Shown here: positions 18,497 to 27,800 of the stretch, piece by piece
Position numbering within the stretch: position 1 is the stretch's first letter
Layout: each line of letters opens with the position of its first letter
DNA from: an uncultured Granulicella sp.
GTDB lineage: Bacteria; Acidobacteriota; Terriglobia; Terriglobales; Acidobacteriaceae
Direction: 5' to 3'
Assembly: GCA_964489045.1 (NCBI GenBank)
Contig: CAZAXI010000002.1
Coordinates: forward strand, 21,375-85,374
Length of the DNA stretch: 64,000 nt
The notes under the pieces: model-generated
What the model saw: only the letters and a program-made list of their open reading frames with translations
The model's database searches: none
What the model was told of the DNA's origin: nothing
Position numbers and translations under genes: made by a program

Positions 18497-18784
18497 CTAC
18501 TTCAGGGTCTTGACGAAGGCTGCCAGCGCGGCTGCCTGGTCGGCGGTGACCGTGCTCATCGGCTTGATGTGCGGGGCCTTGGGCTCGCCGCCCTTGGTGA
18601 GCACGTCGACGACCTTGGCCGAGCCGGCGATCGCGGGAGCCATGGGCGGCTTGCCCTGACCTTGGTCACCGTGGCACATGGCGCACTTGGTCTTGAACAG
18701 CGTGGCGCCGTCCTGCGCGAGGGCAGGAATGCCGGCCAGCATGGAGATGGATGCTACGACTGTAGTTGCGATGCGGAGTTTCAT
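18497..18784 (-). CDS. Small periplasmic monoheme cytochrome c
   Basis: Signal peptide (ALA-Q), single CAMCH motif, GGAAAGAGG-like RBS. Confidence 0.88.
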   Translation of the reverse strand: MKLRIATTVVASISMLAGIPALAQDGATLFKTKCAMCHGDQGQGKPPMAPAIAGSAKVVDVLTKGGEPKAPHIKPMSTVTADQAAALAAFVKTLK

Positions 18785-18830
18785 GGGTGTTCCTCTTTCC
18801 TGGAATGGGTGAAGCTTTGCTGCTCGGTTG

Positions 18831-20819
18831 CTACTCCTGTGGCGGCCTGGCTTCCGGCTTAGCCGCAATGTCGTGCGCTGCGGTTGGGTTGGATTCCGCG
18901 AGGGTTTCGGTGTCCAGCTCGTGCTCTTCCTGGTAGTGCTCGGCGGACATGGAGCCGTCGCGCCACGCCCAGTTCATGGGATAGACATCGGGATCGAAGA
19001 ATACCTGGTAGAAGTGCCAGACCAGGATCGCCAGCGTGGCCAGGATGGCTTCGTAGAAGTGGACGGCAGTGGCGGCGTCGATCCACCAGCGGGCGAGCAG
19101 ATTGCCGACAGCGATCTTGGCCCACAGCATGATGCCGGTGACGGCCATCAGCGCGGTGCCCCAAACCAGCGCCCAGTACTCGGCCTTCTCGGCGTAGTTG
19201 AAGCGGCCGTATTTCGGCTTCTCGGCGCGGAAGCCGGTGTAGTAGAGCATCGTGCCGAATGCGTCCGTTACATCCTTCCACGTTGGGAAGAGGTCGCGGA
19301 TGAGGCGGCGGCCGTCGCTGGTAAGCGCGACATAGAAGACGTGGTAGACGCCATCGGCGATCAGCAGGACTCCGGCGACGCGGTGGATGATGCTGCGCCA
19401 GTGTTCGGAGAGACCGAGCAGCGACGCAAACCAGGAATCGGGATACTTGAGTGCGAAGCCGGTGACCACCAGGACGAAGAAGCTGGTGAGCAGAATCAGG
19501 TGCTGCCAGCGCTGATTCCTGGTCATGCGGACGACGGTGTGCGCCAGCGCGCGGCGGCGGGCGATGAGCTTGGCGCGCCAGAGGATGACGTTGTGCAGGA
19601 ACATCCCGCCGATGACGAGCAGGATGAGGGGGATGTAGAACCAGCGGATCCAGCGCACCGCGACAGTGCCCTTGTCGGTCGAGCGACCGCTGTCGACATC
19701 CACGTGGACCTTGTTGAGGGTGAACTTCTGAGTGACGCCTTTGTGGCACTGGCCGCAGGTGACGTCGAGGTTGGCGGGGTTGATGGTGGAACGCGGATCG
19801 CTCGACGGCAGGATGTTGTGGACGCCGTGGCAACTGGAGCAGTTGGCGACCACCACTGAGCCGCCCTGCGAGGCCAGGCCATGGTAGCTGTCGTTGTAGG
19901 TGGAGACGCGGTTGCCGATGACGCCGAACTCCTGGGTAAGGCGCACGCCCTGGTGACAGCCGGCGCAGGTGTCGCGCGAGAGGTTCTGGCTGGAGACCGT
20001 GGAGTTGGGATCGGAGGGCGCCTTGATGGTGTGGATGCCGTGGCAGTCGGTGCAGACCGGCGCGAGCGAGTTGCCGCGCGCGATGGCCTGGCCGTGAATG
20101 CTCTGGGCGAAGACGGCCTGCACTCCGGCGTGGCACTTGCCGCAGGTGGTGGGGACGTTGAACTTGTTGATCAGCGACCGGGCGGCGTTGGCGGGCAGGA
20201 TCGAGTGTGCGCCGTGGCAGTCGGTGCAGACGGCGGCCTGCTGCGAGCCGTTCTCGACGGCGCGGCCATGGACGCTTTGCTGGTAGCTGACGAAGGGCTG
20301 GTTGCTGTTGCCGGTCGACTCCATCAGGAATTTCTGGCCGTGGCAGGCGCCGCAGGTGGCGGGAATGTTGGAGTGATAGACGGTCGACTTTGGATCGGTG
20401 GCAGGCAGGATGGTGTGCGCGTCGCCGTGGCAATCGGTGCAGGTGGCGGGAACAGAGCCGTCGGGCTTGCGCGCGGTGGCGTGGTAGCTGCGCGCGTAGG
20501 CGGCCTGCGCGTCGGCGTGGCACTGGGCGCAGGTGATCTTTGCGGGTGTTTGCGCGTGCGGCGAGGACTTGACGTCCTTGTGGCAGTCCACGCAGGCCAG
20601 GCCGCTCGATCCATGGATGGAGGCCTTTAGCTTGCCGGCGTCGATTGCCGGGTTGGTGTGCGTGCCGTCGGCGGACGGCATGGCGTCGGCGTGGCACGCG
20701 AGGCACTCCGCGTCCTTGGGTTTGGGCTGTGCCGGAGCGGCGCCGGGCTGGATGGCGTTGATGCTGCAGAGCAGGGTTGCGATGATGCTCAGCGCGCAGG
20801 ATTTCCCCGCAATTCTCAT
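18831..20819 (-). CDS. Multiheme cytochrome c fused to a cytochrome b membrane domain (CbcL-like)
   Basis: Signal peptide and 11 CxxCH motifs, then RWQH, IIHRVAG, RFNYAEKAEYW and VHFYEAILA..WHFY diheme-b helices. Confidence 0.9.
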   Translation of the reverse strand: MRIAGKSCALSIIATLLCSINAIQPGAAPAQPKPKDAECLACHADAMPSADGTHTNPAIDAGKLKASIHGSSGLACVDCHKDVKSSPHAQTPAKITCAQCHADAQAAYARSYHATARKPDGSVPATCTDCHGDAHTILPATDPKSTVYHSNIPATCGACHGQKFLMESTGNSNQPFVSYQQSVHGRAVENGSQQAAVCTDCHGAHSILPANAARSLINKFNVPTTCGKCHAGVQAVFAQSIHGQAIARGNSLAPVCTDCHGIHTIKAPSDPNSTVSSQNLSRDTCAGCHQGVRLTQEFGVIGNRVSTYNDSYHGLASQGGSVVVANCSSCHGVHNILPSSDPRSTINPANLDVTCGQCHKGVTQKFTLNKVHVDVDSGRSTDKGTVAVRWIRWFYIPLILLVIGGMFLHNVILWRAKLIARRRALAHTVVRMTRNQRWQHLILLTSFFVLVVTGFALKYPDSWFASLLGLSEHWRSIIHRVAGVLLIADGVYHVFYVALTSDGRRLIRDLFPTWKDVTDAFGTMLYYTGFRAEKPKYGRFNYAEKAEYWALVWGTALMAVTGIMLWAKIAVGNLLARWWIDAATAVHFYEAILATLAILVWHFYQVFFDPDVYPMNWAWRDGSMSAEHYQEEHELDTETLAESNPTAAHDIAAKPEARPPQE

Positions 20820-20853
20820 ACTGACGAGTACACGCCGGGTAGCAACGGGTTGC

Positions 20854-20869
20854 GGTGATTGCTATCACA
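20854..20869 (-). promoter_or_regulatory. CRP/FNR-family binding site candidate
   Basis: Minus strand TGTGA-TAGCAA-TCACC (9/10 match to TGTGA-N6-TCACA), centred ~42 bp upstream of the cytochrome ATG. Confidence 0.55.
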
Positions 20870-20989
20870 GGTGACGCGCCCAGTTCTCCGCTGCGAGTGT
20901 GACGCGCAGGATTCCCCTGGGGATCGGCGGGTGCCGGGCTTGCGAGTACTGTGCTATGCTGCTCGGCACGATTCGCGGGAGGTGGCGCC

Positions 20990-21265
20990 ATGCCGAAGTT
21001 CGTGATCGAACGGAATGTTCCGGGTGCGGGGGAACTGACTGTGGAGCAGTTGCAGGCGATCGCCCAGAAGTCTTGCTCGGCGATCCGCAAGATCGGGCCG
21101 CACCTGCAGTGGGTGCAGTCCTTCGTGACGGACGAGAAGATCTATTGCATCTATATCTCCCCGGACGAGGCGACGATCCGCGAGCATGCGAAGCTGGGAG
21201 GGTTCCCGGCAGACTCGGTGAAGGTGGTGCGGATGGTGATCGATCCGACCACGCAGGAGGTTTGA
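20990..21265 (+). CDS. DUF4242-family small protein (SCO4226-like)
   Basis: MPKFVIER...WVQSFVTDEKIYCIY.SPDE..IREHA..GGFPAD. GGAGG RBS. Confidence 0.82.
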   Translation: MPKFVIERNVPGAGELTVEQLQAIAQKSCSAIRKIGPHLQWVQSFVTDEKIYCIYISPDEATIREHAKLGGFPADSVKVVRMVIDPTTQEV

Positions 21266-21275
21266 GGAAAGGGCA

Positions 21276-21428
21276 CCCCCGGGGGGGTATAGCTAAGTGC
21301 TTTGTTTTGAAATTCGTGTCTGCAAAAATAAGAAAACACGCTAGTTACAGGCAAAAATAAGAAAACAAGGTACTTGCTGGCTACGGGCTAGGCGGCTTAA
21401 GTGTGAAACCCCGGCGGGTGGCCGGGGA
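21276..21428. repeat. AT-rich intergenic element with direct and inverted motif copies
   Basis: GCAAAAATAAGAAAACA at 21322 and 21351, an inverted AAAACA-N4-ACTT at ~21295-21308, a CCCCCGGGGG palindrome and a CCCCGGC/GCCGGGG hairpin. Confidence 0.65.
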
Positions 21429-21587
21429 GATGTGTTTCCTTATTCTTACTTACTTCTTAAGTATAGCAGGTTGACCATAACTCATCTGCATCGACTTTTC
21501 GTAGTGTTTTGTTTGAGATAGGCCGTTTGGGGACTTGACAAGGAAAAAGGCTGGCGTTTTCGTGGGTCGGGAAGCCAAGTTGAAGAA

Positions 21588-21630
21588 AATACGGATATTC
21601 TGGACTCGATGAGACTGAGTCCAGAATGAC
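21588..21630. repeat. REP-like palindromic element (copy 2)
   Basis: Perfect 11-bp stem ATTCTGGACTC-N9-GAGTCCAGAAT. Flanks shared with 12344-12376. Confidence 0.6.
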
Positions 21631-21694
21631 GACCCTGGGGCAGGGACGTGGGGCCTTGGGAGGATGCTGGGGTGGAGGACAAGAGCGCTTGGGG

Positions 21695-21796
21695 CTATTT
21701 AGGGCGGCGCAGCCACGCAATGAGCCTGTCTATGGCAACGAGGATGGCGATCACGGCGCACATCGCCAAGACGAAATGGAGAGCGGCGCCTACCAT
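21695..21796 (-). CDS. Candidate 33-aa single-TM small protein
   Basis: MVGAALHFVLAMCAVIAILVAIDRLIAWLRRPK*. TGnTATAAA lies just upstream of the ATG. Below the ORF-track cutoff. Confidence 0.4.
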   Translation of the reverse strand: MVGAALHFVLAMCAVIAILVAIDRLIAWLRRPK

Positions 21797-21926
21797 CCGT
21801 CTTTATAACATCCTTATGTGGGTCAGCGCACATAGGCCCATGGTGGCGCGCCGGCAACAGGCGTGATTGCGGTCACAAATGGACTCTGGCCAGGGGCGGG
21901 AAAATGCTAAAAGGAGAGCCTTGCCC

Positions 21927-23135
21927 ATGCTTGCCACCCATAACTCTGCCGTTCGTGCGATTGACATTGCGATCACATTCGTCGGCCGGGAGGAGCAGCG
22001 GCTGCGTGCGATCATCGAGTCGGATGCGTTTTCGGGCGACGAGAAGTTCCAGGCCCTGCGCGACCTGGCCTATCTGTCGGGGGTGGTGGTCCGGGAGCTA
22101 GCCGATATGGCGGAGCCGGACGGGACGACCGAGAAGATGGCGGACTTGATGGCGAAGGTTGAGCCAGCCGCTGCGCAGGCTTCGAAGCGGCCGGCGCAAA
22201 AGAGCAGCAGTGGAGCGCGCACCGGAGTAAACGCGGCGTCGTTTCATCAGGACGTGTGCGACAACCTCTCCGAGGGGGTGTACTTCGTCGATAAAACGCG
22301 GAAGATCACCTACTGGAATCGCGGCGCGCGGAATCTGAGCGGTTTCCAGCGCGATGAAGCGATCGGAAGGCATTGCTACGACAACTTCCTGCAGCACGTG
22401 GACGCGGAGGGCAAGGCCCTCTGCCATCACGGCTGTCCGCTGGCGGCGACGCTGAAGGACGGCCAGGCCCGGGAGGCTGAAGTTTTCCTCCATCACAAGG
22501 ACGGTCACAGGGTCCCGGTTGCGGTGCGGGTGTCGCCGGTGACGGACAACTCGGGCAAGCTGATTGGCGCGGTCGAGGTGTTCAGCAATATCGCCGGGCA
22601 GAAGGAGCTGGAGCGGCGCGCGAAGGAGCTGGAGGCGCTTGCGTACCGCGATTTGCTGACGGGGCTGTCGAGCCGCCGCCACATCGAGCTGAAGCTGCGC
22701 CAGGCGCTGGAAGAAGTGCGGGAGTTTGGCAGAAAAGCCGGGGTGCTGCTGCTGGACATCGACGGCTTCAAGCGAGTGAACGACCGGCATGGCCATCCCG
22801 CCGGCGATGTCGTGCTGAAGAACGTGGGCGAGAGGCTGACCGAGGTGCTGCGGCCGGGCGATGCGGCGGGGCGTTGGGGCGGCGAGGAGTTTTTGCTGGT
22901 TGCGCTGGATGTGAATCTGCCGGAGTTGGAAGAGATTGCAGAGAGATGCCGGGGTGCGATCGCGTCCTGCCGGATTCCAGTGGAAGGAGACCGGGTGAAC
23001 GTAACCGCGTCGGTGGGAGCTGCGCTGCTGAAGCAGGGCGACTCGGCCGAGGCGGCGGTGAAGCGGGCGGATGAGCTGCTGTATGTGGCGAAGTGCCAGG
23101 GTGGAGATGCGGTGAGGGTGCGGGTGGAAGTGTGA
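21927..23135 (+). CDS. PAS-GGDEF diguanylate cyclase
   Basis: PAS domain, DLLTGL, DIDGFKRVNDRHGH..GD, RPGD I-site, GGEEF. AAGGAG RBS before 21927. Confidence 0.92.
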   Translation: MLATHNSAVRAIDIAITFVGREEQRLRAIIESDAFSGDEKFQALRDLAYLSGVVVRELADMAEPDGTTEKMADLMAKVEPAAAQASKRPAQKSSSGARTGVNAASFHQDVCDNLSEGVYFVDKTRKITYWNRGARNLSGFQRDEAIGRHCYDNFLQHVDAEGKALCHHGCPLAATLKDGQAREAEVFLHHKDGHRVPVAVRVSPVTDNSGKLIGAVEVFSNIAGQKELERRAKELEALAYRDLLTGLSSRRHIELKLRQALEEVREFGRKAGVLLLDIDGFKRVNDRHGHPAGDVVLKNVGERLTEVLRPGDAAGRWGGEEFLLVALDVNLPELEEIAERCRGAIASCRIPVEGDRVNVTASVGAALLKQGDSAEAAVKRADELLYVAKCQGGDAVRVRVEV

Positions 23136-23221
23136 GTGTGGGGGGCGGGGTTCGTGGGCCTACGACAGCGAAAAGGTGCGCCAGGTCACGTGTGCTGTGG
23201 ACTGCGGGAGGTTCCCCGATC

Positions 23222-23689
23222 ATGGAGAAGAAGAAGCTGATAATTGTCGGAACCACTCACGAGCAGCAAAAGGCGTCTGACGCAGGTTCGATCCTAGATA
23301 AGAAACTTCGGCACTATGTTAGGCGATATGGTGTTTCCGTTGTTATTGAAGAATGGAAATTCGAAGACGACAAGACGGTTGGCAAGCTCCTAGCTGACAG
23401 TCTCTCTATCGCATGGTGCAATGCAGGAACGCCACTGGAGGAGCAGTTCGAGACCTATGACCCATACCCGATTTGGTTGGACGATGGTTCGTGCGAGCCG
23501 GAGCGGCCCTACGGCCCTATCGAGGCTCAAGTAAGAAGGGAAGCCTACATGATCGATAAGATTAATTCGGCGATGAATGATCACGCAGTCGGAGTATTTG
23601 TGTGTGGCATGGGGCACATGCACTCTGTCTCAGAAAAGCTTCATCAGGGCGGCTATGAGGTGGAAGGGTTTAGCTGCTTGGACCGCTAG
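23222..23689 (+). CDS. Hypothetical protein, TraB/GumN/Tiki-like motif pattern
   Basis: IIVGTTH...VVIEE...FVCGMGH. More AT-rich than its flanks. Confidence 0.55.
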   Translation: MEKKKLIIVGTTHEQQKASDAGSILDKKLRHYVRRYGVSVVIEEWKFEDDKTVGKLLADSLSIAWCNAGTPLEEQFETYDPYPIWLDDGSCEPERPYGPIEAQVRREAYMIDKINSAMNDHAVGVFVCGMGHMHSVSEKLHQGGYEVEGFSCLDR

Positions 23690-23722
23690 GCCCGAAACGG
23701 GAGAAGTTAGGTGTGGCGAGTC

Positions 23723-24397
23723 TTAAGGAGTCCCCGTTGGAAACCACTTGTGCTTTTCAATTTGGTACTTCAAAGCCTTGTACGCGCGCCCAGTAAGGTT
23801 GGCTCTGTTCGTCGCCAGGAACTTCGGGAGGTAATCCGAATAGCACAGGCTGGCGTCCCAAATCTGTCCGTTCTTAGTAGCGATCTCGGCGAAGTCGCGC
23901 GCTTGGTTCTTGGAAAACCTATCAAAATAGGGTGCGAGGGGTTCGATCACTGCCTCTGCGGCGCGAAACGAATTTGCATCGCGTCGTACTTGGCCCAACA
24001 GAGCATCGATTGCGGCCGCCGGAAACTTGGTTCCGATTGCATCAAGAAGGATTTCGGCATCGATGCCGGTTTCGGCAATCTTATGACTCTGGATATGGGA
24101 GATGAATCCGTATGGAACAGTTCCATCGAGTGATAGCGGAATTATTAGAACCGCACCCCGGTTAACACTGATGCCTGTCTCTTGGTCGCACCACTTGGAT
24201 TTACTGAATTCCTTGCTAAGCAGAGGAATAAATATGTCACACTCTTCAAGTTCTTGTAAGATACGGTTCTTCCATTCCTCGGACACACGTAGGTCGTTGT
24301 GGGCCAGGAAGGACTTGATTTGGAACTTTTCCAGAGCGGCTTTTACCGCTGCTCCGTGCTTCTTATCTTTCGTTGAGTAACTTATGAATGCTTTCAA
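23723..24397 (-). CDS. TIR-domain protein (TIR_2) with helical C-terminal domain
   Basis: TTG start, AFISYS, FLAH, FIPLLSKEFSKSKWCDQE (catalytic-position Glu), IIPL. Confidence 0.88.
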   Translation of the reverse strand: MKAFISYSTKDKKHGAAVKAALEKFQIKSFLAHNDLRVSEEWKNRILQELEECDIFIPLLSKEFSKSKWCDQETGISVNRGAVLIIPLSLDGTVPYGFISHIQSHKIAETGIDAEILLDAIGTKFPAAAIDALLGQVRRDANSFRAAEAVIEPLAPYFDRFSKNQARDFAEIATKNGQIWDASLCYSDYLPKFLATNRANLTGRAYKALKYQIEKHKWFPTGTP

Positions 24398-24435
24398 ACC
24401 TTCGATACCTCAGGGATCGACTCCTGCCGGGCCCT

Positions 24436-24501
24436 CTACTCCTTAATGGAGGTGCCGAGGGCGCGCATTTTGCGGTAGAGGTGGGAGCGTTGCAGGCCGA
24501 G
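24436..24501 (-). repeat. Diverged direct copy of the last 22 codons of ntrX
   Basis: 59/66 nt identical to 28352-28417. Encodes LGLQRSHLYRKMRALGTSIKE* vs LGLERSHLYRKMKALGISIKE*. Confidence 0.92.
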
Positions 24502-24712
24502 CTTTCTTCGTGCCTGGGCGACGCTTGCCGGAGACTCGGCCGGAGTGGCGCTTGTCCCTGGCGAGGACCTGCGCGTAGATGGGTTTGGTCCAGTCGATGT
24601 CATGGGGCAAGGGAAGTTTGCCCTTCAGCGAACCGTAGCCCTCGATCAGTACACTCGGATCGGGCTCAAGAGCCTTGGTTCGCTTGACAGTGACTTTTGC
24701 GGCGGCTGGCAT
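24443..24712 (-). CDS. Small orphan antitoxin-like protein (possibly a remnant)
   Basis: GYGSLKGKLPLPHDIDWTKP resembles antitoxin C-terminal GxLKGK...DF..P motifs. GAAGGGAG RBS. The tail reads out of frame through the ntrX copy. Confidence 0.45.
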   Translation of the reverse strand: MPAAAKVTVKRTKALEPDPSVLIEGYGSLKGKLPLPHDIDWTKPIYAQVLARDKRHSGRVSGKRRPGTKKARPATLPPLPQNARPRHLH

Positions 24713-24787
24713 CGCGGACTCCCTTCTGCATTATGGCACTGATTGACGAAGGGGCAAGAAGTTCCTTTGGGGTGGGTGGTGCGAAGG

Positions 24788-24810
24788 CCACATCTCAGAG
24801 GCGAGATGTG
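24788..24810. repeat. REP-like hairpin CACATCTC-AGAGGC-GAGATGTG
   Basis: Perfect 8-bp stem just downstream of the TPR-GT stop codon. Confidence 0.5.
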
Positions 24811-24820
24811 CGGCACTCGG

Positions 24821-27800
24821 CTATTGCGCTATGCGGGGGATGTCGATGTGGTCGGGTGGGAGGGCGGCGTGGTAGCGGTCGTAGATGGCGGTGTAGGCGG
24901 CTTCGAGGTGGAGGGTGAAGGCTGGGGTGTCGAAGAGGGGAGCGGTGAGGCGGCTTTGCTGGAGGCGACGGCGGAGGGATTGAAGGCGCGCGGGCGAGTG
25001 TGCGAGCGCGACGGCGCGTTGCTCGTAGTCGGATTCGGTGGTGGCGATCAGTTGGATGAGGTCTGACTCGGGGAGGGCCATGGCGCGGAGCAGGCTGGCG
25101 GCGACGCGGCCGGCGAAGGTTTCGCCGCTGCGGGTGAGCAAGGGCAGGCCGGTCCAGAGGGCGTCGCTGGCGGTGGTGTGGGCGTTGTAGGGGAGGGTGT
25201 CGAGGAAGAGATCGGCGAGCGCGTGGCGGGCGAGGTGCTCGGGCAGGGGGAGTGGGCGGGCGAAGATGAGGCGCTCGGGAGCGATGTTGCGGCGGGCAGC
25301 TTCGGCGCGCAGGTTGGCGATGGTGGCGGGGTTTTCTTCGAGCAGCCACAGCACGCTCGCGTCGACGCGCGCCATGATGCGCATCCAGAGGTCGAAGACG
25401 GCGGGAGTGATTTTGTAGGCGTTATTGAAGCAGCAGAAGACGAACGCGGCGTCGGGAATCCCCTCTTCAGCGCGCGAGCGGGGAGCAGCGGAGATGAGGC
25501 GGCGCCGGTCGTTAGGCTGATAGCTGTCGGGCAGGCGAACGATTTTTTCGGTGTAGTGGCCGCGGCTGGAGTCGGGGATGATGGTGGGATCGGCGATGAG
25601 GTAGTCGATGGTATCGGCGGCCATGGTCCCGGGATAGCCGAGGTAGTTGACCTGGATGGGTGCGGCGCGGTAACTGAAGATGCCGGCGCGATGGTCGCGG
25701 GTGAAGCCTTTCAGGTCGACGGCGATGTCGACTTCGAGGGAGCGGCTGAGCTCGGCGATTTGGCGATCGGGCAGGTTGCGGACGTCGAGAAATCGGTCCA
25801 TTGCGGAGGAGACGCGCCGGCTCATCTGGTCGGCGCGGTCGGGGCCGAAGGAGAAGCCGAGGATTTCGAAGCGGGTGCGGTCGTGGCGCTCGAAGAGCTC
25901 GGCCATCAGATAGCTGGTGGCGTGGTTGTAGAAGTCGGCGGAGAAGTAGCCAATGCGAATGCGGTCGCGCCGGGGCCGGCGTGGGATGGCGGCCAGGGCG
26001 GTGTGGGCAGGATGCTGGTCGAGGGTGTAGATCTCGGCGGCGCGTTTTTGCACGGCGGGCGATTCGCTGAAGGCGAGGGTGGCGAAGGGGATGGCGGCTT
26101 TTTCGCCGTGGCCTATGGCGGCTTCGATCTGGCGGAGGTCGGCTGCGTCGTCCTGCCAGTCGCAGAGCGCACGCTTGGTGAAGAGGCGCAGGCCAGGGAG
26201 GTATTTGTAGCTGGGGTCGAGCTGGAGGGCGTGGTTTAGGCTCTCGAGGGCGGACGGATATTGCTTGAGCGCCATCAGGACGTCGCCGCGGTTGCGATGG
26301 GCGTCGGCGTAGTCCGGCTGGAGAGCGATGGCGCGGTCGTAGCTTTCGAGTGCGGCCTCGTATTGGAACAGAGAATGCAGAACGCTGCCGCGATTGTTGT
26401 GGGCTTCGGCGCGATTGGGATTCAGGCGTATGGCTTGGTCGTGACTCTCGATGGCGGTGAGCAGCGGCGGTGGGTCGGTGAGCGCCTGATGCCATGCGTC
26501 GGCAACGGAGTTCCAGTCGAAGGTAGAGCGGGCCCACGCGCGCATGGAGTCGCGGGCGGATTCGGCGGGCGGGTTGCGCAGGAGATCGACGGCGGCACGG
26601 ACGAATTGGGCTTTCTGTTCCGGGTCCGTCATGGCGACGTGAAGCAGCCCGGGCTGGAGCCAGTTGTCCTTGGTTTTGGTGGAGTGGATAAAGACCCCGC
26701 CGTGGCCGGATTTTTCACCAAGTGCGGCGAAGTCGGTAGTAATGGGGATGGCGCCGGCGGCCATGGCTTTCGAGAGGGAGATGCAGTCGATTTCGGCCAT
26801 CTCGGATGGGTAGGCGAAGATGTTGGCGCGGAGGTAGAGACGGGCCACGTCGGAGTGGCTGATGCGACCGAGCTCTGCAACGCCGAGCTGGTGCATGCGG
26901 GTCTGCAGGGCGGTCTTCCATTGCATCATGGTGGGGTTCGAGGCGTGGAAGGTGTCCCACACATCCCAGCCGTAGGCCCACTCGGCTTTGGCGCCTGGGA
27001 CCTGCAGCTTGATCTGCTCGAAGCAGTCGAGGAAGGCTTCGAGGCTGCGATCGGCGGACGAGGTGTTGATGAGGAGCAGCGGATCGCGGGGAGCGGCCGG
27101 CTCGAAGAGCTGCGCGTCGATGCCGTTGGGGACGATGGCGAACTTGTCGTCGGGGATGGCGGGGAAGAGGGAGCGGTGGAAGCGGGACTTAACGAAGATC
27201 TTGTGGATGCGCGCGAGGTTGGCGGGCGGGAGGTCGGCGTCGGAGAAGACGTCGTGAAGGTCGAGGATGACTTTGCCGGAGTTGATGTTGTAGTCGGCGA
27301 GATGGGGATAGCGCCAGAGGATGGTGACGTCCTGCCGGTCGCGGTAGTTCCACAGCCAGTAGGGCTTCCAGGTGACGCCGTCATAGATCTGTTCGTGCTC
27401 GCCGCATTTGGCGTAGACGGTGACATTCCAGCCGCGGTGGTGGAGCAGGCGGGAGAGCCAGAGGATGGCCTCCTCGGAGCCTCCGATGCCGGTTGCGTTG
27501 ACAGAGCCGGGGTTCCAGGTTTCGGTGGCGGGTCCGCAATAGAAGACGAGATCGCGGCCGCTGGAGGCGTGCTTGGAGAAGTTTTCGTCGGCCAGGTTGA
27601 GGGCCTGCAGCGCATTGCCGCGGTTGGTGTAGGCGTCGGCAAAATCGGGTCGAAGTTGGATGGCGCGGTCGTAGCTGGCGACCGCCTGCCGATATTGCTT
27701 GAGGCCCTGGAGAGCGCTGCCGCGGTTGTTGAGAGCTTCGGGATAGTCGGGGCGAAGTGCAAGGGCGCGATCGCAGCTCTCAAGCGCGGCCTGATACTGC

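Noticed and set aside
21322..21367. Direct repeat considered as a mini-CRISPR
   Set aside because: Only two 17-bp copies with a 12-bp spacer and no cas genes.
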